DNA of 64,000 nt, taken from assembly GCA_038231135.1 (NCBI GenBank), contig JBBRLX010000005.1, positions 1 through 64,000 on the forward strand. The letters run 5' to 3'. The translations under genes and the position numbers were made by a program. The notes below the pieces were generated by a model that saw only the letters and a list, made by a program, of their open reading frames with translations, was not told the origin of the DNA and made no database searches. Origin of the DNA: Candidatus Eiseniibacteriota bacterium (GTDB lineage Bacteria; Eisenbacteria; RBG-16-71-46). Below, in pieces: positions 43,448 through 54,685 of this stretch. Position 1 is the first letter of the stretch. The number at the start of each line of letters is the position of its first letter.

Positions 43448-44826
43448 ACCACGAAATTCTGGACGCGTTGAGTCAGATCACGCGGGAAAAGAGCGTGGAC
43501 CGTGCGCTGCTCATCGAGACCCTCGAGGCCGGGCTGGCGAGCGCCGTGCGCAAGAAGTACGGCGCCACCGCGGACGTCGAGGTGCGGTTCGCGAACGAGA
43601 CCGGCACGATCGCGATCGCGCTGCGCAAGACCGTGGTCGAGACCGTCGAGGACGCTGCTCTGCAGCTCACCGTGGAGGGCGCCCGCGCCCACAAATCGGA
43701 TGCGGCGGTGGGCGACGTGCTGACGTTCCCGCTGCCGATCGCCGAGTTCGGCCGCAACGCGATCCAGACCGCGAAGCAGGTGCTGATCCAGCGCGTGCGC
43801 GAGGCGGAGCGCGACAAGGTGTTCCGCGAATACTCCGACAAGATCGGCTCGCTGGTGCGCGGCGTCGTGCAGCAGGTCGACCGCGGCAACGTGATCGTGA
43901 AACTCGACCACTCCGAGGGCTTCCTGCCGGCGCGCGAGCAGATCGCGCGCACCTACCACCGCCAGGGCGACTACGTCCGGGCCGTGGTGATCAACGTCGA
44001 CAAGTCGGCGAAGGGTCCGCAGGTGATCCTGTCGCGCACACATCCCGATTTCCTGCGCCGGCTGTTCGAGGCCGAGGTCCCGGAGATCGCGGAGAGCATC
44101 GTTGAGGTGAAGGCGGTGGCGCGCGAAGCGGGCGCCCGGTCCAAGATCTCCGTGTATTCAAACGATCCGCGGGTGGACGCGGTCGGCTCGTGCGTCGGCC
44201 TCAAGGGCTCGCGCGTGCAGAGCATCGTCCGCGAGCTGGGCGGCGAGCGCATCGACATCGTGCCGTGGTCGCAGGACCCGACGGTGTTCGTGTCGCGCGC
44301 GCTGGCGCCGGCGCGCGTGCTGGACGTGCGGTTCAACGAGCCGGAGAAGACGATGAACGTGGTGGTCGCGGACGATCAGCTGTCGCTCGCGATCGGCAAG
44401 GGTGGTCAGAACGCGCGGCTCGCGGCGCGGCTCACGGGCTGGAAGATCGACCTGATCTCGAAGACCGAGGAGAAGAAGCGCCAGGATGCGGAACGCGCCA
44501 GCCGTGTCGAGGTCGAGAAGCTCGAGCTCGGCGATGCCACCACCGAGAAGCTGATCTCGGAAGGCATCGAGACCGTGCAGGAGCTGATCGCCACACCGCT
44601 CGAGAAGCTGATCGGCATCCCGGGCATCGGCGAGAAGACCGCAGAGAAGATCCTGAGCGTCGCGAACGAGTATCTCGCCGCGCATCCGCCGGTCCCGGCG
44701 GAGCCCGCGCCGGCCGAGCTGGAGTTCACGCCCGAAATGGAGTCGGCGGGCGATGGCGCTGCGGAACGCGCGGGCGACGACGGCGTCGCCCCGGCGATTT
44801 CCGATGGAGGTGAGCACCATGCCTAA
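43444..44826 (+). CDS. nusA: Transcription termination factor NusA
   Basis: FGRNAIQTAKQ, LSRTHP, AREAG.RSK, AIGKGGQNARLA. Confidence 0.97.
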   Translation: MNHEILDALSQITREKSVDRALLIETLEAGLASAVRKKYGATADVEVRFANETGTIAIALRKTVVETVEDAALQLTVEGARAHKSDAAVGDVLTFPLPIAEFGRNAIQTAKQVLIQRVREAERDKVFREYSDKIGSLVRGVVQQVDRGNVIVKLDHSEGFLPAREQIARTYHRQGDYVRAVVINVDKSAKGPQVILSRTHPDFLRRLFEAEVPEIAESIVEVKAVAREAGARSKISVYSNDPRVDAVGSCVGLKGSRVQSIVRELGGERIDIVPWSQDPTVFVSRALAPARVLDVRFNEPEKTMNVVVADDQLSLAIGKGGQNARLAARLTGWKIDLISKTEEKKRQDAERASRVEVEKLELGDATTEKLISEGIETVQELIATPLEKLIGIPGIGEKTAEKILSVANEYLAAHPPVPAEPAPAELEFTPEMESAGDGAAERAGDDGVAPAISDGGEHHA

Positions 44827-47125
44827 TTCGGCCACTCCCAAGAAACAGCGGGTGTACGAAGTGGCGAAGGATCTCGGCATGTCGAGCGAGGCGGTCCTCG
44901 TGATCGTGAAGCGGCTCGGTGTCGACGTGAAGAACCACATGAGCACGCTGGCGACCGACATCGTCGACAAGGTGCGCGCGGAGCTGAACCAGGAGAAGAC
45001 CGCCGTCCGCGAGGCCGACGCGCGCAAGCACGAGCACGAGCAGCAGCGCATCCGCGAGGAGCGGGCACGCGCGCAGGCGGCCGCTGCGGCCGCGCCGCGT
45101 CCCGCCGTGGCGGCGCCGGCGACCGCACGCGCGGCGGCGCCCACCACTCAGTCGCGCCCGCCGCTCGGCGCCGGTTCGGGGCCGCGGCCGCTGACCCATG
45201 CCCCGCACGGCGCGCCCAAGCGGCGCGACCGCAAGAAGAAGAAGGTCGTCGACGAGACGCTGGTGATGGAGAACGTCCGCAAGACGCTCGCGAGCCTCGA
45301 CGGCGGCGGCGCGCGGCGCCGCCGGCATCGCCGCGACGACGAGAACGGCGAGATCGCGGTCGAGGAATCGAAGATCCTGCGCGCCACCGAATTCATCACG
45401 GTGGCCGACCTCGCGAACCTCATGCAGATCCGCCCACAGGAAGTGATCGCGGCGTGCATGAAGCTCGGCCTGATGGCGACGATCAACAAGCGGCTCGACA
45501 AGGACTCGATCCTCACCGTCGCCGACGAGTTCGGCTACGGCGTGGAGTTCGTGTCGGAATACGGCGAGGAGGAGGACGAGTTCGCCGAGGAGGTCACGAC
45601 CGGCGAGCAGCTCACCCGTGCCCCGGTCGTCACGATCATGGGTCACGTCGACCACGGCAAGACCTCCCTGCTCGACTACGTCCGCAAGACCAACGTCATC
45701 GCCGGCGAGGCGGGCGGCATCACGCAGCACATCGGCGCTTACGACGTCGAGCTCGCGAACGGCCGCAAGATCTGCTTCCTCGACACCCCCGGCCACGAGG
45801 CGTTCACGGCGATGCGCGCCCGCGGCGCACAGGTCACCGACGTCGTCGTGCTGGTGGTGGCGGCTGACGACCGCGTCATGCCGCAGACGATCGAAGCGAT
45901 CGACCACGCGAAGGCGGCGAACGTGCCGATCGTGGTCGCGATCAACAAGATCGACCTGCCGTCGGCGCGGCCGGACCTGGTCAAGCAGGAGCTTGCGGCC
46001 CACGGCGTCGTCGTCGAGGAATACGGCGGCAAGGCGGTGTCGGTCGAGATCTCGGCGAAGAAGGGCACGAACGTCGACAAGCTGCTCGAGATGATCCTGC
46101 TGGTGTCGGATCTGCTCGACTTGAAGGCCGACCCCGACCGCCGCGCGCGGGGCGTGGTCATCGAGGCCCGCGTGGAGCAGGGCCGCGGCGTCGTGGTCAG
46201 CGTGCTGATCCAGCAGGGCACGCTGCACGTCGGCGACGCGTTCGTGGCCGGGCAGCACTCGGGCCGCGTGCGGGCGCTGTTCGACGAGCGCCAGAAGCTG
46301 GTGCCGTCGGCGGGGCCGTCGACGCCGGTCGAGGTGCTGGGCTGGAGCGGCACGCCGGCCGCGGGCGATCACTTCGCGAGCTTCGAGGACGAGCGCGAGG
46401 CGCGCGAGATCGCGTCCAAGCGCGCGGCGCTGCATCGCGAGCAGGAGTTCCGCGCGGCGAAGGCGATCTCGCTGAGCGACTTCTACGGCCGCGTCAGCCA
46501 GGGTGAGACCAACGAGCTCAAGCTGATCGTGAAGGGCGACGTGGACGGCTCGGTCGAGGCGCTGGCGGAATCGTTCGTCAAGCTCGGCAACGCCGAGGTG
46601 AAGGTCAACGTGATCCGTCAGGCCGTGGGGCAGATCACCGAGTCCGACGTGATGCTCGCGACGGCATCGGGCGCGATCATCGTCGGGTTCCACGTGCGTC
46701 CGGACGTCAAGGCGCGCGAGATCGCGGAGCGCGAGAAGGTCGAGATCCGCCTGTACGACATCATCTACAAGGCCGTCGAAGAGGTGAAGTCCGCGCTCGA
46801 GGGCATGCTCAAGCCCGAAATCAAGGAAGTCGTGCTCGGCGCGGCCGAGGTGCGCCAGACGTTCCGCATCTCCAAGACCGGCACGATCGCCGGCTGCATG
46901 GTGGTGTCCGGCACGATCCCCCGCACCGGCAGGGTGCGGCTGCTGCGCGATGGCGTGGTGGTGTGGACGGGCCGCATCGACGCGCTCAAGCGCTTCAAGG
47001 ACGACGCGCGTGAAGTCCAGACCGGCTTCGAGTGCGGCATCAGCCTCGACGGGATGAACGACCTGAAGGTGGGTGACGTCATCGAGTCGTTCACCACCGA
47101 AGAGGTCGCCCGCACCCTCGCCTAG
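44819..47125 (+). CDS. infB: Translation initiation factor IF-2
   Basis: [42 protein letters not shown] before ATG 44819. Confidence 0.97.
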   Translation: MPNSATPKKQRVYEVAKDLGMSSEAVLVIVKRLGVDVKNHMSTLATDIVDKVRAELNQEKTAVREADARKHEHEQQRIREERARAQAAAAAAPRPAVAAPATARAAAPTTQSRPPLGAGSGPRPLTHAPHGAPKRRDRKKKKVVDETLVMENVRKTLASLDGGGARRRRHRRDDENGEIAVEESKILRATEFITVADLANLMQIRPQEVIAACMKLGLMATINKRLDKDSILTVADEFGYGVEFVSEYGEEEDEFAEEVTTGEQLTRAPVVTIMGHVDHGKTSLLDYVRKTNVIAGEAGGITQHIGAYDVELANGRKICFLDTPGHEAFTAMRARGAQVTDVVVLVVAADDRVMPQTIEAIDHAKAANVPIVVAINKIDLPSARPDLVKQELAAHGVVVEEYGGKAVSVEISAKKGTNVDKLLEMILLVSDLLDLKADPDRRARGVVIEARVEQGRGVVVSVLIQQGTLHVGDAFVAGQHSGRVRALFDERQKLVPSAGPSTPVEVLGWSGTPAAGDHFASFEDEREAREIASKRAALHREQEFRAAKAISLSDFYGRVSQGETNELKLIVKGDVDGSVEALAESFVKLGNAEVKVNVIRQAVGQITESDVMLATASGAIIVGFHVRPDVKAREIAEREKVEIRLYDIIYKAVEEVKSALEGMLKPEIKEVVLGAAEVRQTFRISKTGTIAGCMVVSGTIPRTGRVRLLRDGVVVWTGRIDALKRFKDDAREVQTGFECGISLDGMNDLKVGDVIESFTTEEVARTLA

Positions 47126-47137
47126 CGGGTTCCGAAG

Positions 47138-47419
47138 ATGTTCGTCGGCGTCGTGCGCATCGAGCTCCACATTCCGGGCGCCCGGTCCCTCAAGGACAAG
47201 CGCTCGGTGGTGCGCTCGCTCAAGGATCGTATCCGCCAGCGCGTGCAGGCCGCCGTGGCCGAGGTGGACCATCAGGACCTGTGGCAGCGGGCCGCACTCG
47301 GCGTCGCCGTGGTGTCGGGGGAGCGCGGGCAGGTCGATTCGATGCTGCAATCCGTCCGCCACATCGCCGACTCCGCGCCCGAGGCGCTGGTGATCGACTG
47401 GCAGGAGCAATTCCTATGA
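47138..47419 (+). CDS. DUF503 (YlxP) family protein
   Basis: SLKDKRSVV, AEVDHQDLWQRA; position after infB. Confidence 0.9.
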   Translation: MFVGVVRIELHIPGARSLKDKRSVVRSLKDRIRQRVQAAVAEVDHQDLWQRAALGVAVVSGERGQVDSMLQSVRHIADSAPEALVIDWQEQFL

Positions 47420-47793
47420 AGATCCGTCCCGAACGTGTGGCGCAGCGAATCCATCGCGAGACCGCGGAGATCCTCGAGCGCCGGCTGCGCGACCCCGGTC
47501 TCAGCCATTGGATCAACATCACCGGCGTGGACGTGAACCACGACCTGTCGCTGGCGCGCATCTACATCACCGTCCTGAACGAGGGCGACGAGCGCGAGCG
47601 CACGCTGGCCGCGCTGCAGCGGGCGCAGGGCTTCGTGCGCCACGAGCTCGCGACCCGGCTGGGTCTGCGCGAGATGCCCGAGGTGCGGTTCCTGCTCGAC
47701 CCGTCGGTCGAGCGCGGCGCGCGTGTCGACGAGCTGCTGCGGCGGCTCGAGACCGGTGAGCCGCTGCCGGACGAATCCGGGGACGACGAGTGA
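47416..47793 (+). CDS. rbfA: 30S ribosome-binding factor A
   Basis: RPERVA, RDP, DLSLARIY, GFVRHEL...PEVRF..D.S. Confidence 0.93.
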   Translation: MKIRPERVAQRIHRETAEILERRLRDPGLSHWINITGVDVNHDLSLARIYITVLNEGDERERTLAALQRAQGFVRHELATRLGLREMPEVRFLLDPSVERGARVDELLRRLETGEPLPDESGDDE

Positions 47794-48782
47794 TCGAGGA
47801 CGCGACCCGCACGCCGGCGCCGGCGGCCGCAGGCGCCGCCGCGCCGCGCCTGGGACTGCTGATCGTCGACAAGCCGGGCGGGATGACGTCGCACGACGTG
47901 ATCGACATCGTGCGCCGGCGGTTCCGCGAACGCGCCGCGGGTCATCTGGGTACGCTCGACCCCGCGGCCACCGGGTTGCTGGCCGTGGCGCTCGGACCGG
48001 CGACCCGCTGTGCGTCGGTGTGGCAGGGCGGCGAGAAGACCTACGACGCGGTGCTGCGGTTCGGCATCGCGACCACGACCCAGGACATGACGGGCGAGGT
48101 GACCGGTACCTGGCCGGTTGCGATCGACGCCGCGGCGATCCGCGCGGCGACGTCCGCGTTCACCGGCGACGTGATGCAGGTTCCGCCGATGGTGTCGGCG
48201 GTGCGGGTCGGCGGCGAGCGGCTGTACCGGCTGGCGCGGCGCGGCATCACGGTGGACCGCGACCCGCGGCCGGTGCACGTCGCGAGCTGGGACTGGCTGG
48301 CGTTCGACCTGCCGCTCGCCCGGTTCCGGGTGCGCTGCTCGGGCGGCACCTACGTGCGCACGCTCGCGCACGATCTCGGTGCCGCACTCGGCTGCGGCGC
48401 GGCGCTCGAATCGCTGCGCCGCAGCCGCAGCGAGCCGTTCGACCTGGCGCGCGCGGTGACCACGCGCGAGCTGCAGACGCTGGACCCGGAGGACTGCTGG
48501 GAGCGCGCCGGCATCCCGCTCGACCGGGCGCTGGGCGTGCTGCCGGCGCTGGCGCTCGATGCCGCCGAAACGCTCACGCTCGGCTGCGGCGGCGCGATTC
48601 CGCTGACGGCCGCACGTGCCGCCGCGCTGCCGCTGGGTGCGGGGCCGCGCTCGATCGTGTTCCGTGACCTGGGCGGCGCGGCGCTCGGGCTCGGCGAAGT
48701 GGCCGCGGACGGCGGCGCTGGGACCGCGCGCCCGCAGGTGGTGTTCCCGTGGGTGGTGCGCGACGGCAGGCCCGAAGTGTGA
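47790..48782 (+). CDS. truB: tRNA pseudouridine(55) synthase
   Basis: DKPGGMTSHD, GHLGTLDP.ATG, QVPPMVSA, CSGGTYVRTL. Confidence 0.95.
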   Translation: MIEDATRTPAPAAAGAAAPRLGLLIVDKPGGMTSHDVIDIVRRRFRERAAGHLGTLDPAATGLLAVALGPATRCASVWQGGEKTYDAVLRFGIATTTQDMTGEVTGTWPVAIDAAAIRAATSAFTGDVMQVPPMVSAVRVGGERLYRLARRGITVDRDPRPVHVASWDWLAFDLPLARFRVRCSGGTYVRTLAHDLGAALGCGAALESLRRSRSEPFDLARAVTTRELQTLDPEDCWERAGIPLDRALGVLPALALDAAETLTLGCGGAIPLTAARAAALPLGAGPRSIVFRDLGGAALGLGEVAADGGAGTARPQVVFPWVVRDGRPEV

Positions 48783-49708
48783 GCGCGGCCGTGGCCGTGG
48801 GCATCTTCGACGGGCTCCACCGCGGGCACCAGGACCTGCTGGGCCGGGCGCTGGAGATCGCGGCCGTGCGCCAGACGCGGACCGTGGTCGTGACGTTCGA
48901 CCCCCATCCCGACGTGGTGCTGTCGCGATCGTTCCGGGCGCCGGCGCCGCTGACCCCGCTGCCCGAGAAACGCGAGCGGCTGCTCGCGATGGGCATCGCC
49001 CAGGTCGAGGTGCTGCCGTTCACGCGCGAACTGGCCGGGCTCGATCCTGAGGAATTCGTCGACCGCCACCTGGTCGCGCGGTTCGCGCCGCACGCGCTCG
49101 TCGTGGGAGCGGACTTCGCGCTCGGCCGTGGCCGGTCGGGAACCGTGCCGCGGCTGCGCGAGATCGGCCGGACTCGGGGGTTCGACGTGCACGCGGTGCC
49201 GCTGATCGAGCTGGAGGGCGGGCCGGTGACGAGCACCCGCATCCGCGGTCTGCTCGAGGCGGGCCAGGTCGCCGCGGCCGGGCGGCTGCTGGGGCGGCCA
49301 TACGATCTTGCGGGCCGGGTGGTGACCGGCGATGGCATCGGGCGCACGCTCGGGTGCCCGACCGCGAACCTCAGGCTCCACGACGAGAAACTCGTCCCCG
49401 ACAACGGCATCTACGCGGTGTGGGCCCGGATCGGGACGGAATCCGGGCACCGCCCGGCGGCGATGAGCATCGGCGTGCGGCCCACGTTCGGCGGCCAGGT
49501 GCGCACGCTCGAAGTTCACCTGCTCGACTGGTCCGGCGAACTGGTCGGTCGCGAACTGACCGTGGAGTTCGTGGACTGGCTCAGGCCCGAGCTCAAGTTC
49601 GACGGTCCGGAGGCCCTAAGGGCCGCGATTGCGGACGATCTCGACCAAATCCGGGCCCGATTGGCCGCCGAGTCCCGGCAAATTGCCAGTCCGGGCCAGC
49701 CGTGTTAG
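48779..49708 (+). CDS. ribF: Bifunctional riboflavin kinase/FAD synthetase
   Basis: GIFDGLHRGH, TFDPHP, STRIR, GRTLG.PTANL, G.RPTF, EVHLLD. Confidence 0.96.
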   Translation: MSAAVAVGIFDGLHRGHQDLLGRALEIAAVRQTRTVVVTFDPHPDVVLSRSFRAPAPLTPLPEKRERLLAMGIAQVEVLPFTRELAGLDPEEFVDRHLVARFAPHALVVGADFALGRGRSGTVPRLREIGRTRGFDVHAVPLIELEGGPVTSTRIRGLLEAGQVAAAGRLLGRPYDLAGRVVTGDGIGRTLGCPTANLRLHDEKLVPDNGIYAVWARIGTESGHRPAAMSIGVRPTFGGQVRTLEVHLLDWSGELVGRELTVEFVDWLRPELKFDGPEALRAAIADDLDQIRARLAAESRQIASPGQPC

Positions 49709-49711
49709 ATT
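49683..49711 (+). promoter_or_regulatory. sigma70 promoter of rpsO
   Basis: TTGCCA-N17-TAGATT with TG extension. Confidence 0.65.
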
Positions 49712-49822
49712 GCACGGTCGCCTGCTGTTAGGCGTGCTGCACTTCCGGCTCGGACACGCGAGAACTTGCACTCGGTGCTCACGGGCCTCCGATACTCACA
49801 ATCCATGCAGGAGGTGACCGCT

Positions 49823-50092
49823 GTGACGCTCTCCAAGGAGCAGAAGCAGGGGATCATCGGAAAGTTCAAGATTCACGAAGGGGATTCCGGTTCGCCGGAG
49901 GTACAGATCGCCCTTCTCACGGAAAAGATCCACTACCTGACCGACCACTTCAAGGTGCACAAGCGGGACCACGCCTCGCGGCGCGGTCTGCTGCGTATGG
50001 TCGGGCAACGCCGGCGGTTGCTGGATTACCTCAAGGCAACCAAGGTGGACCGTTACCGCAAGGTGGTGAAGGATCTGGGACTGCGCCGCTAG
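49823..50092 (+). CDS. rpsO: 30S ribosomal protein S15
   Basis: [45 protein letters not shown]. Confidence 0.97.
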   Translation: MTLSKEQKQGIIGKFKIHEGDSGSPEVQIALLTEKIHYLTDHFKVHKRDHASRRGLLRMVGQRRRLLDYLKATKVDRYRKVVKDLGLRR

Positions 50093-50114
50093 GGCGCGCC
50101 CGGCAGCGAGCACA

Positions 50115-50145
50115 GGGACGCGGGCCAAGGCGGCCCGCGTTTCCC
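50115..50145 (+). terminator. Hairpin between rpsO and pnp (terminator or processing site)
   Basis: GGGACGCGGG...CCCGCGTTTCCC. Confidence 0.45.
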
Positions 50146-50257
50146 ACTGCGCGGACATTGGTTTTCGCGCACGCCGCTTTGCATACGATTGCGAGAGCGG
50201 CGACGAGTGCGTCCCGGCGGGTGCCGGACGCGTAGGCGAGAGGCAGGAAGGTACTTA

Positions 50258-52471
50258 ATGGCAGAGCAGAAGGTTCAATTGGAGCTCGGGGGTCAGACCC
50301 TCACGATCAGCACCGGCAAAATGGCGAAGCTCGCCGGTGGATCGGCCCTGGTGCGGCTGGGCGACACGATGGTGCTGGTGGCGGCGAGTGCGGCGAAGAA
50401 TCCGACGCTGGGACGCGATTTCATTCCGCTGACCTGTGATTACCGCGAGCGTACCTACGCCGCGGGCAAGATCCCCGGCGGCTTCTTCAAGCGCGAGGGG
50501 CGTCCGACCGAGAAGGAAGTGCTGAGTTCGCGGCTCATCGACCGTCCGGTCCGGCCGCTGTTCTCGAAGCAGTTCCCGTACGAAACCCAGATCATGGCGA
50601 CCGTGATGTCGTCCGACCAGGAGAACGACGCCGACGTGCTCGCGCTGATCGGCGCGTCCGCGGCGCTGTGCCTGTCGGACATCCCGTTCCCCGAGCCGAT
50701 CGCCGCCGTGCGCGTCGGCCGCGTGGACGGTCAGTTCATCGTCATGCCGACCGGCACGCAGCTCGACGACAGCGACATGGACATGGTGGTCGCCGGCACC
50801 GCCGAGAACATCATCATGGTCGAAGGCGGCTGCCGTGAGATCGCCGAGCAGGACATGATCGCGGCGCTCGAATTCGCGATGGACAACATCCGCAAGCTGG
50901 TGCAGCTCCAGGTCGAGCTGATCGGGCGCGCGCCCAAGACCAAGCGGCCGCTGCTGCCGGCGCCCGACGTCGCGGCGCTCAAGCACGATCTCGAGCAGGC
51001 GTTCCGCACGCGGCTGCGCGACGCGATCCGCATCCCGGGCAAGGAGGCGCGGCAGGAGGAGATCGACCGCATCTCGCTCGACGCGACCGCCCAGTTCAAG
51101 GACAAGCACGCCGAGCAGGAGAGCTTCATCGGCAAGCTGCTGCACGACGTCGAGCGCGAGGAGCTGCGCAACACGATCCTCGATCAGGGCATTCGCACCG
51201 ACGGCCGCGGCCTCAACGACATCCGGCCGATCACGATCGAGGTGGGAACGCTGCCGCGCACCCACGGCTCGTGCCTGTTCACGCGGGGCGAGACCCAGGC
51301 GATCGGCGTCGCGACGCTCGGCACCAAGAGCGACGAGCAGCGCGTCGAGGAGCTCGAGGGCCAGTCGTGGAAGTCGTACATGCTGCACTACAACTTCCCG
51401 CCGTTCAGCGTCGGCGAGACGCGTCCGATCCGTGGCCCGGGCCGGCGCGAAATCGGCCACGGTGCGCTGGCGGAGCGGGCGATCGAGCCGGTGATCCCGG
51501 CCGAGACGCACTTCCCGTACACGATCCGCATCGTGAGCGACATCCTCGAGTCCAACGGCAGCTCGTCGATGGCGACGGTGTGCGCGGGCTCGCTGGCGCT
51601 GATGGACGCGGGCGTGCCGATCAAGGCGCCGGTCGCGGGGATCGCGATGGGCCTGATCAAGGAGGGCGATCGCGTCGCAGTGCTCACCGACATCCTGGGC
51701 GTCGAGGATCATCTCGGCGACATGGACTTCAAGGTGACCGGCACGCGTGACGGCGTCACCGCGTTCCAGATGGACACGAAGATCGGCGGCATCTCGTTCC
51801 AGGTGATGTCGGACGCTCTCGACCGCGCGCGTCAGGCGCGGCTGTTCATCCTCGACAAGATGGCGCAGACGCTGGCGGCGCCGCGCGCAGAGATGTCGCC
51901 GTTCGCGCCCCGCATCACGATCCTCACGATCAACCCGGACAAGATCCGCGAGATCATCGGCCCCGGTGGCAAGATCATCAAGCGCATCACCGAGGAGACG
52001 GGCACGCAGATCGACATCGAGGACACGGGAGAAGTGCGGATCGCCGCGGTGAACAGCGAAGGCAGCCGCCGCGCCGAGGAGATGATCCGCAACATCACCG
52101 AGGATCCGGAGCCGGGCCGCGTGTACCAGGGCAAGGTGCGCAGCGTGGTCACGTTCGGCGCGTTCGTCGAGATCGTGCCCGGCCGCGACGGCCTGCTGCA
52201 CATCTCGGAGATCGATCACCATCGCGTGGCGAAGACCGAGGACGTGCTCAACGTCGGCGACATGGTGATGGTGAAGGTGATCGGAGTCGACCGCGACGGG
52301 AAGATCCGCCTGTCCCGCAAGGCGCTGCTGCCGGAGCCGGAGGGTGGCGTGCCGGCCGGAGCAGGGGCCGGCGGCGGAGAGCGTGGTTACGGCGGTGGTG
52401 GTGGTGGTGGCGGGCACCGGGGCGACCGCGATCGCGGGCCCCGGGATCGCGACCGGGAGCGCCGTCGGTAG
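50258..52471 (+). CDS. pnp: Polyribonucleotide nucleotidyltransferase
   Basis: [48 protein letters not shown] and S1 domains. Confidence 0.97.
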   Translation: MAEQKVQLELGGQTLTISTGKMAKLAGGSALVRLGDTMVLVAASAAKNPTLGRDFIPLTCDYRERTYAAGKIPGGFFKREGRPTEKEVLSSRLIDRPVRPLFSKQFPYETQIMATVMSSDQENDADVLALIGASAALCLSDIPFPEPIAAVRVGRVDGQFIVMPTGTQLDDSDMDMVVAGTAENIIMVEGGCREIAEQDMIAALEFAMDNIRKLVQLQVELIGRAPKTKRPLLPAPDVAALKHDLEQAFRTRLRDAIRIPGKEARQEEIDRISLDATAQFKDKHAEQESFIGKLLHDVEREELRNTILDQGIRTDGRGLNDIRPITIEVGTLPRTHGSCLFTRGETQAIGVATLGTKSDEQRVEELEGQSWKSYMLHYNFPPFSVGETRPIRGPGRREIGHGALAERAIEPVIPAETHFPYTIRIVSDILESNGSSSMATVCAGSLALMDAGVPIKAPVAGIAMGLIKEGDRVAVLTDILGVEDHLGDMDFKVTGTRDGVTAFQMDTKIGGISFQVMSDALDRARQARLFILDKMAQTLAAPRAEMSPFAPRITILTINPDKIREIIGPGGKIIKRITEETGTQIDIEDTGEVRIAAVNSEGSRRAEEMIRNITEDPEPGRVYQGKVRSVVTFGAFVEIVPGRDGLLHISEIDHHRVAKTEDVLNVGDMVMVKVIGVDRDGKIRLSRKALLPEPEGGVPAGAGAGGGERGYGGGGGGGGHRGDRDRGPRDRDRERRR

Positions 52472-52497
52472 GGTTCGCAGCCTCAACGTGTTGGCGT

Positions 52498-52532
52498 GCA
52501 ACGTGGCGGGGCGACCCGCCACGTTGTGTTTT
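52498..52532 (+). terminator. Intrinsic terminator after pnp
   Basis: GCAACGTGGCGGG-GCGA-CCCGCCACGTTGT then GTTTT. Confidence 0.8.
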
Positions 52533-52630
52533 AGGCGGCACGGAAGGTGCGAAGCTCATCCAACAGTAGAGATGCAACCTCCTTCGGGAATCCGATCCCG
52601 CGCTGCGCCCCCGCCGTCATCCGAGGGGTC

Positions 52631-53908
52631 ATGACCGAATCGACGTACCAGCGAACCGTACTGCCGTCGGGCCTCACCGTGCTCACCGAGTCGATGCCGG
52701 ACCGGCGCTCGGTGTCGGTGGGCGCCTGGCTGCGCAACGGGGCGCGCGACGAGCCGCGCGAGTGGCTCGGCATCTCGCATTTCATCGAGCACATGATGTT
52801 CAAGGGCACCGAGCGCCGCGACGCGCGTGCGATCGCCGCCAGCCTGGAGTCGCTCGGCGGCCATCTCGACGCGTTCACCGCGCGCGAACAGGTGTGCTAC
52901 TACGCGCGCGCGCTGTCCGAGCACCTGGAATCGGTGGTCGACGTGCTCGCCGACCTGCTCAGCCGGCCGCGGTTCGCCGCCGAGGACGTGACCCGCGAGA
53001 AGTCGGTGGTCAAGGAGGAGATCCTCGCCTGCGAGGACAACCCCGAGGACAAGGCCGGCGAACTGCTGAACGAGCAGATCTGGGGCGACCACTCGCTGGG
53101 CCGGCCGATCCTGGGCACGCTCGAGACGCTCGACCCGATCGGGCGCGACGCGCTGTGCGCGTACTACGCGAGCCGCTACCGCGGCGAGGACGTGATCATC
53201 GCGGGCGCCGGCGGGCTCGACCACGACCGGCTGGTGGAGCTCGTCGCCAGGCACTTCGCGACCCCGGCCGGAGAGTCGCGGCCGTTGTCGGAAACGCCGC
53301 CGCCGTTCACACCCACCGTCCAGCACGTGGTGCGCGACGACCTGCAACAACTCTACGTGGAGCTGGCGACCCGGGCGGTGCCGTACCAGCACCAGGACCG
53401 CGACCCGCTCGTGGTGTTGAACACGCTGCTCGGCGGCGGCATGAGCTCGCGGTTGTTCCAGAGCGTCCGCGAGGATGCCGGGCTCGCCTATTCGGTGTTC
53501 TCGGGGCTCGATTTCCACCGCGACTCGGGGCTGCTGTCGGTGCACATGGGCGTGGCCCCCGAGCGCGGCCGCGAGGCGCTGGCGCTGGTGCGGGCCGAGC
53601 TCGAGAAGCTCGCGGCCGAGGGGCCGGGCGAAGCCGAGGTCGAGGACACTCGCTCGCAGTTGCGGGGCAGCGTGATCATCGGGCTCGAGAGCGTGACGAA
53701 TCACATGTACCACCTCGCGAACGAGGAGCTGTACAGCGACCGCTACACCACCCCCGAGGAGCAGGTCGCGCGCATCGACGCCGTGACGATGGACCAGGTC
53801 CGCGACGTGGCCCGCCGGTATCTCGTCACCGGCAAGTTCGCGGTGTGCGTGCTGGGACCGGCGGGAGGGCGCCCGGTCGACGCGGAGGACTGGAAGCTCG
53901 ACGGATAG
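52631..53908 (+). CDS. M16 family zinc peptidase
   Basis: HFIEHMMFKGT (HxxEH), AFTARE, LGRPILG, LGGGMSSRLFQ.VRE..GLAYSV. Confidence 0.93.
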   Translation: MTESTYQRTVLPSGLTVLTESMPDRRSVSVGAWLRNGARDEPREWLGISHFIEHMMFKGTERRDARAIAASLESLGGHLDAFTAREQVCYYARALSEHLESVVDVLADLLSRPRFAAEDVTREKSVVKEEILACEDNPEDKAGELLNEQIWGDHSLGRPILGTLETLDPIGRDALCAYYASRYRGEDVIIAGAGGLDHDRLVELVARHFATPAGESRPLSETPPPFTPTVQHVVRDDLQQLYVELATRAVPYQHQDRDPLVVLNTLLGGGMSSRLFQSVREDAGLAYSVFSGLDFHRDSGLLSVHMGVAPERGREALALVRAELEKLAAEGPGEAEVEDTRSQLRGSVIIGLESVTNHMYHLANEELYSDRYTTPEEQVARIDAVTMDQVRDVARRYLVTGKFAVCVLGPAGGRPVDAEDWKLDG

Positions 53909-54008
53909 GTTTGCGCGGCCGGCACCAAACGCCGGGCCATTCGCGCTCGAGATCTGGCGCCGTTGGAAAAAACCAGCCCCCGCGAACTCTTTACAAGGGG
54001 GTACTTCC

Positions 54009-54452
54009 ATGTCCAGGCACTCGTCCCCGCATCCCAGCGACCAGGCCACATTGCGCAAACTCGTCGAGTTGTCCGCCCGGGAGCGCGCCCGCGTGGCCCG
54101 GCTGCTCGGCGAGATCGGTGAAGTCGAGGCTCGCGGGTTGTATCGATCGGAGGGCTACCCGTCGATGCTGGCCTATTGCGAGTCCCTGAACATGGACGAG
54201 CCCGAGGCCCACATTTGCGCCGCGCGGGTGGCGCGCGAATATCCGAGCGTGTTCGATGCGATCGCCGACGGACGACTGCACCTCGCCGCCGTGGGATTGC
54301 TCGCGCCATTTCTGACGGCGGAAAACGCGGTCGAGCTGTTCGCGGCGGCAACGCACAAGGGAGAATCGGAGATCGAGGCGTTGCTCACGGAGCGGTTCCC
54401 GGGTGCGACGTTCCCGCCGCAGCCCGTTTGGGATGACGACGCGAACAATTGA
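54009..54452 (+). CDS. DUF222-like N-terminal-domain-only paralogue of the downstream HNH protein (possibly truncated)
   Basis: Aligns by eye with the N-terminal domain of 54686..56083 (ARGLY...PSM..YC, AR, LLAP.LT..N..EL.AAA.HK...EIE). Confidence 0.65.
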   Translation: MSRHSSPHPSDQATLRKLVELSARERARVARLLGEIGEVEARGLYRSEGYPSMLAYCESLNMDEPEAHICAARVAREYPSVFDAIADGRLHLAAVGLLAPFLTAENAVELFAAATHKGESEIEALLTERFPGATFPPQPVWDDDANN

Positions 54453-54685
54453 GTTCGGGCCCTCGACGAATTGACTTGACGTCCAACAACGTGGGGTGGC
54501 CGGCGCCGTGTCGCTGCCCCTCAAACTTGGCGCTGCCGCGCCCAGGTCGTGCGCGACAGCGTCGATTGTCTTCGGATGGCTCCGATTCTCGTAACCCTTC
54601 TCTCCAAGCGTCCTCACGAGATCCACGAGCGCGAAATCAGGCGCCGTTAGAATTGAGCTGATGAGCCCCCGCTCACCCAATTCTC

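Noticed and set aside
52381..52471. (GGT)n run and Arg/Asp tail of PNPase
   Set aside because: Short Gly/Arg-rich tails are common on PNPase
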